The notes beneath the pieces were generated by a model that searched no databases, was not told the origin of the DNA, and was given only the letters and a program-made list of their open reading frames with translations. Position numbers and translations under genes: made by a program. DNA of 37,062 bases, taken from a virus. Lineage: Duplodnaviria > Heunggongvirae > Uroviricota > Caudoviricetes. The DNA is taken from IMG/VR virus record IMGVR_UViG_2718218435_000004; one strand, written 5' to 3'. Shown here in pieces: positions 28,255-36,081 of this stretch. Position 1 is the stretch's first letter. Every line of letters begins with the position of its first letter.

Positions 28255-29274
28255 TCAGGCCGCTTCTGCTTGTAATGTTTCAGTTGTAGAAATCACATAT
28301 TGTGAAATATCATTTATTTCATCTTTCCGTTCTATTAGTAGCCCTGGATCTGATACCAACAGTTCTAACCCTTTCTTAAAGCAAGTAGGTAACCGGAGTC
28401 TATGCAATACTGCGCCAAACTCCTCTGCGACTAGTGAAATATGGTCTTTCTTTATAGATTCATCATCACTCTCAAAATCAAAAGGTATAACAATAGCATC
28501 AGTTATTCTATATATTCTTTGCGCTAACCAGTGATTTTGTATGTTTGCAATATCCTCTTTTATTGCTTTTGAACGCCAATCTTGGCCGCTAGCAACTTGA
28601 GCAAAATAAATTTGCTTGCTTCCCGGATATGTATCGCGGGGATTATTATCTTTCCATGCAATCACATCAATACCAGCATCTTTATGAGGTCGTGTTTGCA
28701 AATAACGATTAACATCCTCAAATGGTCTAACCCTTCCTTCACCAATTAAATCAACAGCTCTAGTAAGAGCATCATAAAACTTTGAACTATCAGGTCTTGG
28801 CCAGCCGAATGAAATACTATGCCCCTGAACATAGCCAGCTAATGCAATTGTTGCAGCAATCTGTAATAAGTCTCGGTGTTTTCCTGTCGGCAAATCTACC
28901 CCATTAAATAGCCGTGATGCCGACATATGAGAAAAATACAAACAATATAAGTATATATGCTGATCTACGGTAAGTAATTCCAATGTTTCCTTTGCCAATT
29001 CCAAACATTGCGTTTCTTCATTAAAAATAAAAGGATAGCTATCCCCGAGTATATCCTTTCTTTGTTGATATTGTTCTAATAGTCTTTGTATTTCATTTTC
29101 GACTTCAGCATCTTCTTCGCCTATATCGGAAGATGTAAATGAATCTAAGTTCTCTAGAATATTCCTTAGTTCTGAAATTCGCATTGTAAAATATACATTT
29201 GATAAGCAAGATAACTCAAGCCAATCCAATTTGACTTGAATATGATGACTCTCTGGATAAGGTTGCAACTGCAT
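28255..29274 (-). CDS. Hypothetical 339-aa protein, second gene of a two-gene operon; possible nuclease-like partner (tentative)
   Basis: ATG 3 nt after the stop of the upstream ParB-like gene with a GAGGAA Shine-Dalgarno; AT-rich; convergent with the MTase, stops 2 nt apart. Segment HKDAGIDVIAWKD...IYFAQVASGQ loosely resembles Mrr-type PD-(D/E)xK motifs, but this is not established. Confidence 0.7.
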   Translation of the reverse strand: MQLQPYPESHHIQVKLDWLELSCLSNVYFTMRISELRNILENLDSFTSSDIGEEDAEVENEIQRLLEQYQQRKDILGDSYPFIFNEETQCLELAKETLELLTVDQHIYLYCLYFSHMSASRLFNGVDLPTGKHRDLLQIAATIALAGYVQGHSISFGWPRPDSSKFYDALTRAVDLIGEGRVRPFEDVNRYLQTRPHKDAGIDVIAWKDNNPRDTYPGSKQIYFAQVASGQDWRSKAIKEDIANIQNHWLAQRIYRITDAIVIPFDFESDDESIKKDHISLVAEEFGAVLHRLRLPTCFKKGLELLVSDPGLLIERKDEINDISQYVISTTETLQAEAA

Positions 29275-29277
29275 CTC

Positions 29278-30405
29278 TTATTCCTCAATGCTCTGCAATT
29301 GATATTGAACCTTAGATACCTTTCTCTTAAACTGTTCGATGTAGTTCTTCGTCGTATCGTCTAACGAATCTGTTCTATCTAAAACAGAAGATATAGTATC
29401 AAGTTGTTTGTTTATTTCCAAAAAAGCATCTTTAATGTGTTGAAGAGGGTCACCCGCTTGCTTATATAATTCAGAAAGACTTTCAACTCCAGACTTAAAA
29501 GCTTCATATGAAGCCTCATTCGCTAAAACCTCACCAAAATATTTCAAATCAGGATTTTGCGAAGAGATCAACGATGCTCTTTTATCTTTTTTATACCCAT
29601 AAAGACCGATCAGAACATCTCTGAGTTTATCAAGATTCCTTTGCGGTACAGGATTCTTTCTGAGTGTAATATTCCAATCTTTCTCCAATCCTAAAAAATC
29701 TTTATATTCAGTTCTATTCAAAGCCGTATACAAATGAGAAAAAGAAAATTTTGGTGACATTCTGTCGACATGAATATCATATATTTCTTGAGTTTTAGCC
29801 TGTTCAAGAACAAACATAGCACTAACTATAGAACGAACAGTATTGTTACTGTCACCAAGTTTTTTTGTTATATGTTCAATAGTGAGACCGTTATCTCTTT
29901 CACTTATAAACCATTTATATGCGAACTGTGCTTTAGCAAACGAATCCCATTTATGGGGACCATTAACATGTTTAAATCCAATAAATGAACGAGCTTCTGA
30001 CTCATCATTAACAAGATAAACAGCAACTTCCTTGAGGCTATCCAAAACCCAAGAATCTATATTTTTTGGAACGACAACTCGACATTTTTGTGCCAAGCCC
30101 GGTTCAGTAAGCAATTTGATGGCAGCTAAACGACGATTACCTTCTAAGACGACATACTTATCATCTTTTTTCATGACAATTAAAGGTTCAATCGACATAT
30201 ATCCATTTTCAGAAATGGATTTAATCAATTCTTCTAAATCTGCAGTATCAGATAATGCTTTAACCAACTCATATGAGTCAGCATTATCATTAAAGCTTTT
30301 CCCGTTATAAAGCCTTGGATTTCTAGCATCCAAGATTAACTCATCCGGGGAAATCATCTGTGTTTTGAGCGGTTCTAAGACAGTTTTTGGCATTTTATGC
30401 ACCAT
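29278..30405 (-). CDS. ParB/Srx N-terminal-domain protein (ParB-like nuclease/NTPase fold), first gene of the two-gene operon
   Basis: 375 aa; NPR box near the N-terminus (LILDARNPRLY) and SIEPLIVMKKDDKYVVLEGNRRLAAIKLL resembling the ParB GxRR arginine motif; AT-rich. The true start may be the first ATG or the ATG four codons downstream. Confidence 0.7.
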   Translation of the reverse strand: MVHKMPKTVLEPLKTQMISPDELILDARNPRLYNGKSFNDNADSYELVKALSDTADLEELIKSISENGYMSIEPLIVMKKDDKYVVLEGNRRLAAIKLLTEPGLAQKCRVVVPKNIDSWVLDSLKEVAVYLVNDESEARSFIGFKHVNGPHKWDSFAKAQFAYKWFISERDNGLTIEHITKKLGDSNNTVRSIVSAMFVLEQAKTQEIYDIHVDRMSPKFSFSHLYTALNRTEYKDFLGLEKDWNITLRKNPVPQRNLDKLRDVLIGLYGYKKDKRASLISSQNPDLKYFGEVLANEASYEAFKSGVESLSELYKQAGDPLQHIKDAFLEINKQLDTISSVLDRTDSLDDTTKNYIEQFKRKVSKVQYQLQSIEE

Positions 30406-30607
30406 AATCTAAATAAAATTCACGTCATCCCATGCGTTCCTTGCCTCTTTAACATGATTTCCATAAATTTTCCATAGAAACATGAATAACGTTTGATGGC
30501 AGATTACAATATCAGCACATATAGTAAAATCAACTAAGACTTCGCAACGCTCGTAATTCAGTCCCGCCAGCCCTGAACACAAGTTTCACGACTGGCGGCG
30601 TTCTCTA

Positions 30608-30811
30608 TCATCTGCGTGGTGGTGGCGTAACTCTTGATTGACCGATATGGTTAAACCGCCCGTAATTATCCCGGACTATTTCGGCACACCCGACCAACTC
30701 GTCGGGCGTCAGATTTTCGTTGACCATAATCCGCTGTAAACGCTGAACAATAGCCATCAGCTTGATATTTTTAGTTTTATGGTGCGGTATCTCGCCTGGT
30801 ATTCTGTGCAT
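30608..30811 (-). CDS. Small hypothetical protein (about 67 aa) translationally coupled to the upstream gene
   Basis: ATG overlaps the stop of the 30811..31266 gene (TAATG); no recognisable motif. Confidence 0.35.
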   Translation of the reverse strand: MHRIPGEIPHHKTKNIKLMAIVQRLQRIMVNENLTPDELVGCAEIVRDNYGRFNHIGQSRVTPPPRR

Positions 30812-31266
30812 TATCCAAGCCACCCGTTTTGCTGTGCACGCTCCATCTGTTCATCTGAATAGTTCCATGCTCCATCCGTGGCAACCATTGCCCCGCCAGA
30901 CATCCCCGTCTCTGGTTCATACATAACAGCAAGGCCGAGCTGATGCATAATTTCATGATTAATTCTGAATACCAGGCCACGCTCACTAAGTTCTTTCCAG
31001 TTCACAATCTCATATGCGCCTGTATTAAGCAGCTCAATACTTAGCAAGACATAGTCTTCCAGCCAGTCTGACAGGTCAGTAACATCTGTTATCCGGGCTT
31101 CAACCTTTCGCCCCGTATACACACCCTGCCCCCATTCATGCAAAATCAACGTGTCCCCGCGCTCATAATTACGGTCATTTTTCCGAAACTCTGCGCGTTT
31201 CTTTCCTTCCAGCACAAGGTCAAAATATTTTGCGTGCAGCTTTATCTCGTGAATTTTTGCCATCAT
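30811..31266 (-). CDS. Hypothetical protein with an N-terminal ASCH/DUF3850-like (PUA-fold) domain, immediately downstream of A
   Basis: Start ATGATG overlaps the A stop; N-terminal MAKIHEIKLHAKYFDLVLEGKKRAEFRKNDRNYERGDTLILHEW resembles ASCH/DUF3850 domains; C-terminal half unassigned. Confidence 0.6.
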   Translation of the reverse strand: MMAKIHEIKLHAKYFDLVLEGKKRAEFRKNDRNYERGDTLILHEWGQGVYTGRKVEARITDVTDLSDWLEDYVLLSIELLNTGAYEIVNWKELSERGLVFRINHEIMHQLGLAVMYEPETGMSGGAMVATDGAWNYSDEQMERAQQNGWLG

Positions 31267-33548
31267 GTCCACTCCATTACTGTTGAGAATCCCGGCCACT
31301 CATCAGCGACCGGATACGTGAATTTTTTCCCGTCATAATTTACAGTCGCACCACGCGCCAGCGCCTCAAGCTCCCATCGCTGCGGCCTGATACCGTTCTG
31401 AGCAAGGTCAACGCGGATACGGGTGATTTGCAATCGTTCAGACCTGGTCAGTCTGGCAGATGGTGCAATTTCATGCGGTTTTAACATGCTTCCGTTTCTT
31501 TGCTGACGGTTTGGTCTTCTCAGGCCGTGTTTTAATGCGCCCCTGAGCGCCCTCACGACCTCCGGGTCATTCCATTCGATAACACCATCATCAACCAGAT
31601 TTAGCACTGCTGCAGCGTGCTCAGAAGGTGTGGGAGCCGGTAACGAAGCATCACTACCGGTGAGCTTTCCACAGTTATTGACAGGACTCCGAGGCGCGGC
31701 GATGCCGCTTTTTAAAGTCAAAGGCTCAACGACCGGAACTTTCGGCACAATGCGCCAGTCCGTCGTTCTGGTGATATGAATATGACGCGCGCCGAGATGC
31801 GGCGCGTAAATACCGACCACTCTCTCGACTTCTTCCTCGTACTCGTTAACGTCACTCGACGGGCTACGGGCAACCCTGACAGTCTGACAATCGCGCGGGA
31901 CATTTGCCCCACCCTGCGCGCTGATATACAACGCAAAATCACCACTGTCTGCGGCAGCGCGAGCAGCCTCGACGCGTTCGTCAAACTCATCAGCAATACT
32001 GACGCCGCGAGGTAATTTGCGTAGTTCACGGTAAGCCCCCATTGTCGGCAGGCCAACCGTTTTAAATTGCGGAATGCGCCACGTTGACGCCCATGCGGTA
32101 ACAGCCGCGGCAGTGTCTTTCAGCGGCCTGCCGGTATCGTTATCGAGCTGACCATCCAGTGCATAGCCGTCGATGTTTTTTGAAATGTATTTCGCGATAT
32201 ACCCCGCAGCACCGCCCCGATTAAGGTGTTTTGCCTGAAAACGGTTTCGCGCGGCTCCTCTTTCGTCGCCATCCTCTTTGAGCGCATAGCGACGCATGAT
32301 TTCGATAATCTGGTTACGCTGGCGCGAATTACAAAAAAGCATCATATGCCAGTGCGGCGTTCCGTCGTGGTGTGGCTCGACGACACGCAAACCGTAGACC
32401 TGTAAATCATTATCCTTGAATGCCGTGCGCATCAGGCTCCAGATACGGCAGAGATAACGCTGCGCATCCTTTGGATTAAATGCCTCATCGTTCCAGCCGT
32501 GATTAAGCTGCACGGTTTTACTTTCGCCTTTTCCTACCTGACGTGTCGGGTGATACTTTGACGGCGCGGTCAGCGTGATAAACATCCCCACATCACCCTC
32601 TGCAGCGGCGTAACGCTCAATACCGGCAATGGTGTTCATCAGCTCCATCCGGCGAATTTCAGGATTAGAAATACTGCCCATCACCTTACTGATAAGGTCG
32701 ATGCGCTCGCCGGTTTCCCTGTTTTCAAGGTCACACGATTTAAGAAATTCCAGATTTGCCTGGCGGCGCGCACGCACATCACGAATGGCATGTTTACTGG
32801 CATAAGGTGAACGGTCTTTATTGACCTCCCCGACAGCAATCAGTAACGCCTCATGCCAGCGCATACGCTGGCCTTTAAGCTGACTAATCCACCACTCATC
32901 GTTAAACAGGCGGGCAATGGCAGAATATGCCTGCCTCGTGGTCATCTGCCCTTTACGGTATTTTCTCCAGTACAGCGGGGAAATATTGAAAGCACGTGCA
33001 GCGCCAGCAACATGACCATACAGGTGAGCCTGCGCCTCATCCGTAAACAGCGATTCTTTTTCGCCATGGGCATCCACCCAGGCATCGCAGAGTTCCTCAT
33101 ACATCATGAAAAGCTGCGATGAGATACGGGCGGCAAACTTTTTCAGCTCCTTGTCATTCATTCCCGGCAGGCGCGCATAGTGGTCACGCTCTGCCAGAAA
33201 CAGCAACGACGCGTCGGTGTTCATTTCATGGCGCTGATTCACACGCTCAATGCGCGGCCATAAACGACGCTGAAAAGTGGATGTGAGGAAATAAAACCCG
33301 TGCACCGGGCTTTTATTGCGCCGGATGTAGTCATAGCGTGAAGTAAACAGCGAGCGCAAAAAGTAAGGCAGGCGGTTAATCGTGGATAAAACACCTTGCA
33401 CCTGACGCATCTCATCACGTGTAAGGGGTCTTTCGCGCCCGACGGCCTCGCGTGGCGCGTTCCATGCATAAGCACCGGTAAACATCTTACCGGTGCCTGC
33501 GGCAAATGCTGACGGAGGGACAAAACGCCCGGAGGCTTTAACGGCCAT
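31263..33548 (-). CDS. A: Replication initiation protein A (rolling-circle nicking endonuclease)
   Basis: Internal start MAVKASGRFVPPSAFAAGTGKMFTGAYAWNAPREAV... gives 761 aa, matching P2 gpA. Confidence 0.9.
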   Translation of the reverse strand: MAVKASGRFVPPSAFAAGTGKMFTGAYAWNAPREAVGRERPLTRDEMRQVQGVLSTINRLPYFLRSLFTSRYDYIRRNKSPVHGFYFLTSTFQRRLWPRIERVNQRHEMNTDASLLFLAERDHYARLPGMNDKELKKFAARISSQLFMMYEELCDAWVDAHGEKESLFTDEAQAHLYGHVAGAARAFNISPLYWRKYRKGQMTTRQAYSAIARLFNDEWWISQLKGQRMRWHEALLIAVGEVNKDRSPYASKHAIRDVRARRQANLEFLKSCDLENRETGERIDLISKVMGSISNPEIRRMELMNTIAGIERYAAAEGDVGMFITLTAPSKYHPTRQVGKGESKTVQLNHGWNDEAFNPKDAQRYLCRIWSLMRTAFKDNDLQVYGLRVVEPHHDGTPHWHMMLFCNSRQRNQIIEIMRRYALKEDGDERGAARNRFQAKHLNRGGAAGYIAKYISKNIDGYALDGQLDNDTGRPLKDTAAAVTAWASTWRIPQFKTVGLPTMGAYRELRKLPRGVSIADEFDERVEAARAAADSGDFALYISAQGGANVPRDCQTVRVARSPSSDVNEYEEEVERVVGIYAPHLGARHIHITRTTDWRIVPKVPVVEPLTLKSGIAAPRSPVNNCGKLTGSDASLPAPTPSEHAAAVLNLVDDGVIEWNDPEVVRALRGALKHGLRRPNRQQRNGSMLKPHEIAPSARLTRSERLQITRIRVDLAQNGIRPQRWELEALARGATVNYDGKKFTYPVADEWPGFSTVMEWT

Positions 33549-33813
33549 ATGAGCCAAAAGCCTCTGAACAACGCCTGCTGAGTTGCTCAACCTGCGCGTT
33601 TAAATCAGCAAAAGACTTTGCGCTTCCGGTCAGAATATCGTGATGCATCAGGCCGGAAACGAGCTGGCTTAATTTCGGGTAATAACCAACCACCGCCAGC
33701 CATTCCTGACCGGCGTTTTTACCGCTTTCCGCTCTCTTTTTCTCGTGGAGAATAAACTGAAAGCTGTCACTGGTAACGACATAACGTTCGCCAATTTCAA
33801 TACGAATACTCAT
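33538..33813 (-). CDS. Small early protein (P2 orf83-like position)
   Basis: 91-aa ORF packed tightly between orf82-like and A. Confidence 0.6.
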   Translation of the reverse strand: MSIRIEIGERYVVTSDSFQFILHEKKRAESGKNAGQEWLAVVGYYPKLSQLVSGLMHHDILTGSAKSFADLNAQVEQLSRRCSEAFGSYGR

Positions 33814-34034
33814 GCCGTTCTCCGGTAATGTTTGTTTTTTGCTTCAAAGACTGCCTGACAGGAAACACAACGCGTGGCTGACGGATAAGCCGCACGACGG
33901 GCAGCAGGTATTGGCGCGTCACACTCTTCGCAAACCAGCGCAGAAGCACCGCAATGTTTTACCCTTGCCGCGTTAATCTGGCGCTCCAGTAATTCAGCCT
34001 GTTGTTCCTGAATAAAATCTACGTTGTCCGGCAT
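33810..34034 (-). CDS. DksA/TraR-type C4 zinc-finger protein (P2 orf82-like)
   Basis: 74 aa with C-x2-C...C-x2-C (CGASALVCEECDAPIPAARRAAYPSATRCVSC). Confidence 0.65.
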   Translation of the reverse strand: MPDNVDFIQEQQAELLERQINAARVKHCGASALVCEECDAPIPAARRAAYPSATRCVSCQAVFEAKNKHYRRTA

Positions 34035-34339
34035 TACCAGTTCCTTTTGTCGTTCAGTTTTTTAAATTCATCAGCGCAATAGCTGGCGATTTCTGTCGTT
34101 AATTTCGTCAGTTCATCCGCGGAGGAAATTTGCTTGTGAAATACAGCGCGTTTAACAAGTAAATTGACCACATCAGACAGGAGGTTTAATTCACTCTGAT
34201 AAATCGCGATAACAGATTCAGTTATTTCGCGTTTTTCTTTATCAAGACCAAGTTGAATAAGAGACAAATCGCCATTTTTCATAACGGCGATTTTTAGGGC
34301 GTTATTCAGTAATACAACTGAACGAGAACAGGACATCAA
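34034..34339 (-). CDS. Small early protein (P2 orf81-like position)
   Basis: 101-aa ORF in an operon with neighbours, overlapping stop/start codons. Confidence 0.55.
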   Translation of the reverse strand: MMSCSRSVVLLNNALKIAVMKNGDLSLIQLGLDKEKREITESVIAIYQSELNLLSDVVNLLVKRAVFHKQISSADELTKLTTEIASYCADEFKKLNDKRNW

Positions 34340-34560
34340 AGCACCTCCCCGCGAGACAATCCGATATTGTGAAATTTTTCCGACTCCTGACTGAGCAGCT
34401 CGACTATCTCCACGCGGGATAACTCCGCCTTTGTGATGTGGCGAATCATGGCGTCAAGATGAGAAGAAAAGCGCGTCGCTGCGTCGGCCTGTGCTTCGGT
34501 TCTGGCCTGTTGCAGCAGTAATGCGTATTTACCGCACTGATTTTCAGAAACTGTATGCAT
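34336..34560 (-). CDS. Small early protein (P2 orf80-like position)
   Basis: 74-aa ORF downstream of B. Confidence 0.55.
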   Translation of the reverse strand: MHTVSENQCGKYALLLQQARTEAQADAATRFSSHLDAMIRHITKAELSRVEIVELLSQESEKFHNIGLSRGEVL

Positions 34561-34623
34561 GACTTTCTCCAGGCAAAAAGAAGCCCCGCACGATTAAGTG
34601 CGTTAAAAACTCTGGTTAATTAC

Positions 34624-35124
34624 TTAATGCAGATATTGCTCTGGTTTTACCGACGTCAGAATTGTCGGTGCATACTCAAACAGGCTGAATAATTCACGTA
34701 ATGCACGGAATAAAGCATCACGCCAGTAACATGATTCTTCATTAATTCGCCAGTATGGCTGGTTGAATTCTTTTTCAGTCAGTCGTGCGTGCATAAATAA
34801 AGTGCGACGCTGACTGACTGTTAAAAAACTAATATATGCATACTCACTTGCGCCAACCTGACGGCGTTTTGAGAATGCGCCACGCAATTCATCAATTGCA
34901 CAAACCAGTCGTTCACGTTCGACGTCGTTCATTTCTTCAAAACGCATCGTTGCGTGACGCTGTTTTAACTGTGCATGAAAGCAAACCGTTAGCCGTTCGC
35001 GCTCCATCATCTGATTATAATAATCACATGTATCCTGCCAGCGAGGGACGGCAAGATGCTTGCCAATTATCCGGCGCATAGCTGCTGGCTGTTTTTCAAC
35101 GAGATTAAGCGTCATCACTGTCAT
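34624..35124 (-). CDS. B: Replication protein B (helicase loader)
   Basis: 166 aa, matches P2 gpB in length and sequence (MTVMTLNLVEKQPAAMRRIIGKHLAVPRWQDTCDYYNQMMERERL...). Confidence 0.85.
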   Translation of the reverse strand: MTVMTLNLVEKQPAAMRRIIGKHLAVPRWQDTCDYYNQMMERERLTVCFHAQLKQRHATMRFEEMNDVERERLVCAIDELRGAFSKRRQVGASEYAYISFLTVSQRRTLFMHARLTEKEFNQPYWRINEESCYWRDALFRALRELFSLFEYAPTILTSVKPEQYLH

Positions 35125-35318
35125 TTCCAGCCCCTCCGGCTTTTCAGAAAGGTCAGAGCCTTTTTTAACGGACTCTGTTTTTTGGTGCGGATAATGATTC
35201 CCTTACGCCCCTTACCGTGGGTGATGGTGAAGTCAATCGCCCTGGGGCTTTCGTTACGCAGTAACTGAGCAATACAACGCGGTTCACTCATAATCACAAC
35301 CCCATCCACAAAAGCCAT
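35121..35318 (-). CDS. Small early ORF (P2 orf78-like position) between cox and B
   Basis: 65-aa ORF whose ATG lies in the cox 3' end and whose stop overlaps the B start (ATGA); basic C-terminus. Confidence 0.45.
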   Translation of the reverse strand: MAFVDGVVIMSEPRCIAQLLRNESPRAIDFTITHGKGRKGIIIRTKKQSPLKKALTFLKSRRGWK

Positions 35319-35566
35319 GCATCACGCTGTTCAACTGGTCGGTTATAAAACGCCTCTCGTACAGCGCGATTAAACTCTGGAATGAAAACCCACTTCTCAC
35401 CGACACGAGCGTTCGGCTTACTTGGATCACGAAGCTCAATAACTGGCAACTTATTCTCTTTTACCATCTTGACTACAGCCGTTTCTGGCTTACCAAGTAA
35501 CTCTGCAAACTTAACCGTATGTACCGCATCAATCGGGTACTGAATCACATAGTCATTGACTTCCAT
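35294..35566 (-). CDS. cox: Cox (excisionase / early-operon regulator)
   Basis: 90 aa, first gene of the early operon divergent from C; C-terminal ...RDAWLLWMGL resembles P2-family Cox. Confidence 0.75.
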   Translation of the reverse strand: MEVNDYVIQYPIDAVHTVKFAELLGKPETAVVKMVKENKLPVIELRDPSKPNARVGEKWVFIPEFNRAVREAFYNRPVEQRDAWLLWMGL

Positions 35567-35718
35567 TGATTAGCCCTTTTTGCTTTCGTGTTACCCTTAT
35601 TAGATCCAGTCCCTTCTAGGTCGCACCTGTCCTTTCTAGGGACTGGCTAACACACTCAAAAGGTCACCAATACACAACCTTTTGACGGGAATATAAGTCA
35701 CCAATAGGTTACTGTCAA
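35567..35718. promoter_or_regulatory. Immunity switch region (Pe/Pc promoters and repressor operators)
   Basis: Intergenic region between divergent cox and C. Imperfect 12-bp direct repeats gtcccttctagg / gtcctttctagg about 20 bp apart (about 35609-35640), nested in an 8-bp inverted repeat ccagtccc / gggactgg; consistent with the direct-repeat operator architecture of P2 C. Confidence 0.5.
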
Positions 35719-36012
35719 ATGCAGACATTCGAAAAACTGAAAGCGATTAGGAAAGCAGAAGGCTTAACACAGGCGAAATTCAGCGAAATTAGCGGGATAG
35801 CTCTAGGAACAGTCAAAAATTACGAAAGTGGGCATAAAGACCCTGGTCTCAGCATCGTTATGCGAGTCACAAATACGCCTTTATTTAAAAAATATACGCT
35901 CTGGTTAATGACTGGTGATACGTCACCACAAGCTGGTCAGATCGCGCCGGCTCTCGCACACATTGGGCAAAAACCAACAGAATCAGACCACTCCGAAAAA
36001 CAGACTGGTTAA
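35719..36012 (+). CDS. C: Immunity repressor C
   Basis: 97 aa with an N-terminal HTH; C-terminal FKKYTLWLMTGDTSPQAGQIAPALAHIGQ resembles P2 C; directly upstream of int on the same strand. Confidence 0.8.
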   Translation: MQTFEKLKAIRKAEGLTQAKFSEISGIALGTVKNYESGHKDPGLSIVMRVTNTPLFKKYTLWLMTGDTSPQAGQIAPALAHIGQKPTESDHSEKQTG

Positions 36013-36081
36013 CACTCTATAAACATTACATTTTCACCATTTGTTACCAAGATGGTGAATACAGCGTCAGAGGGCTTTCTT

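Noticed and set aside
13518-36081. N-terminal extensions in the ORF track for V, L, O, P, A, the 30811..31299 ORF and int
   Set aside because: Some ORF-track starts are non-ATG codons (e.g. TTG) or upstream in-frame codons. Starts were moved to the internal ATG matching the known P2 protein N-terminus and/or a Shine-Dalgarno.
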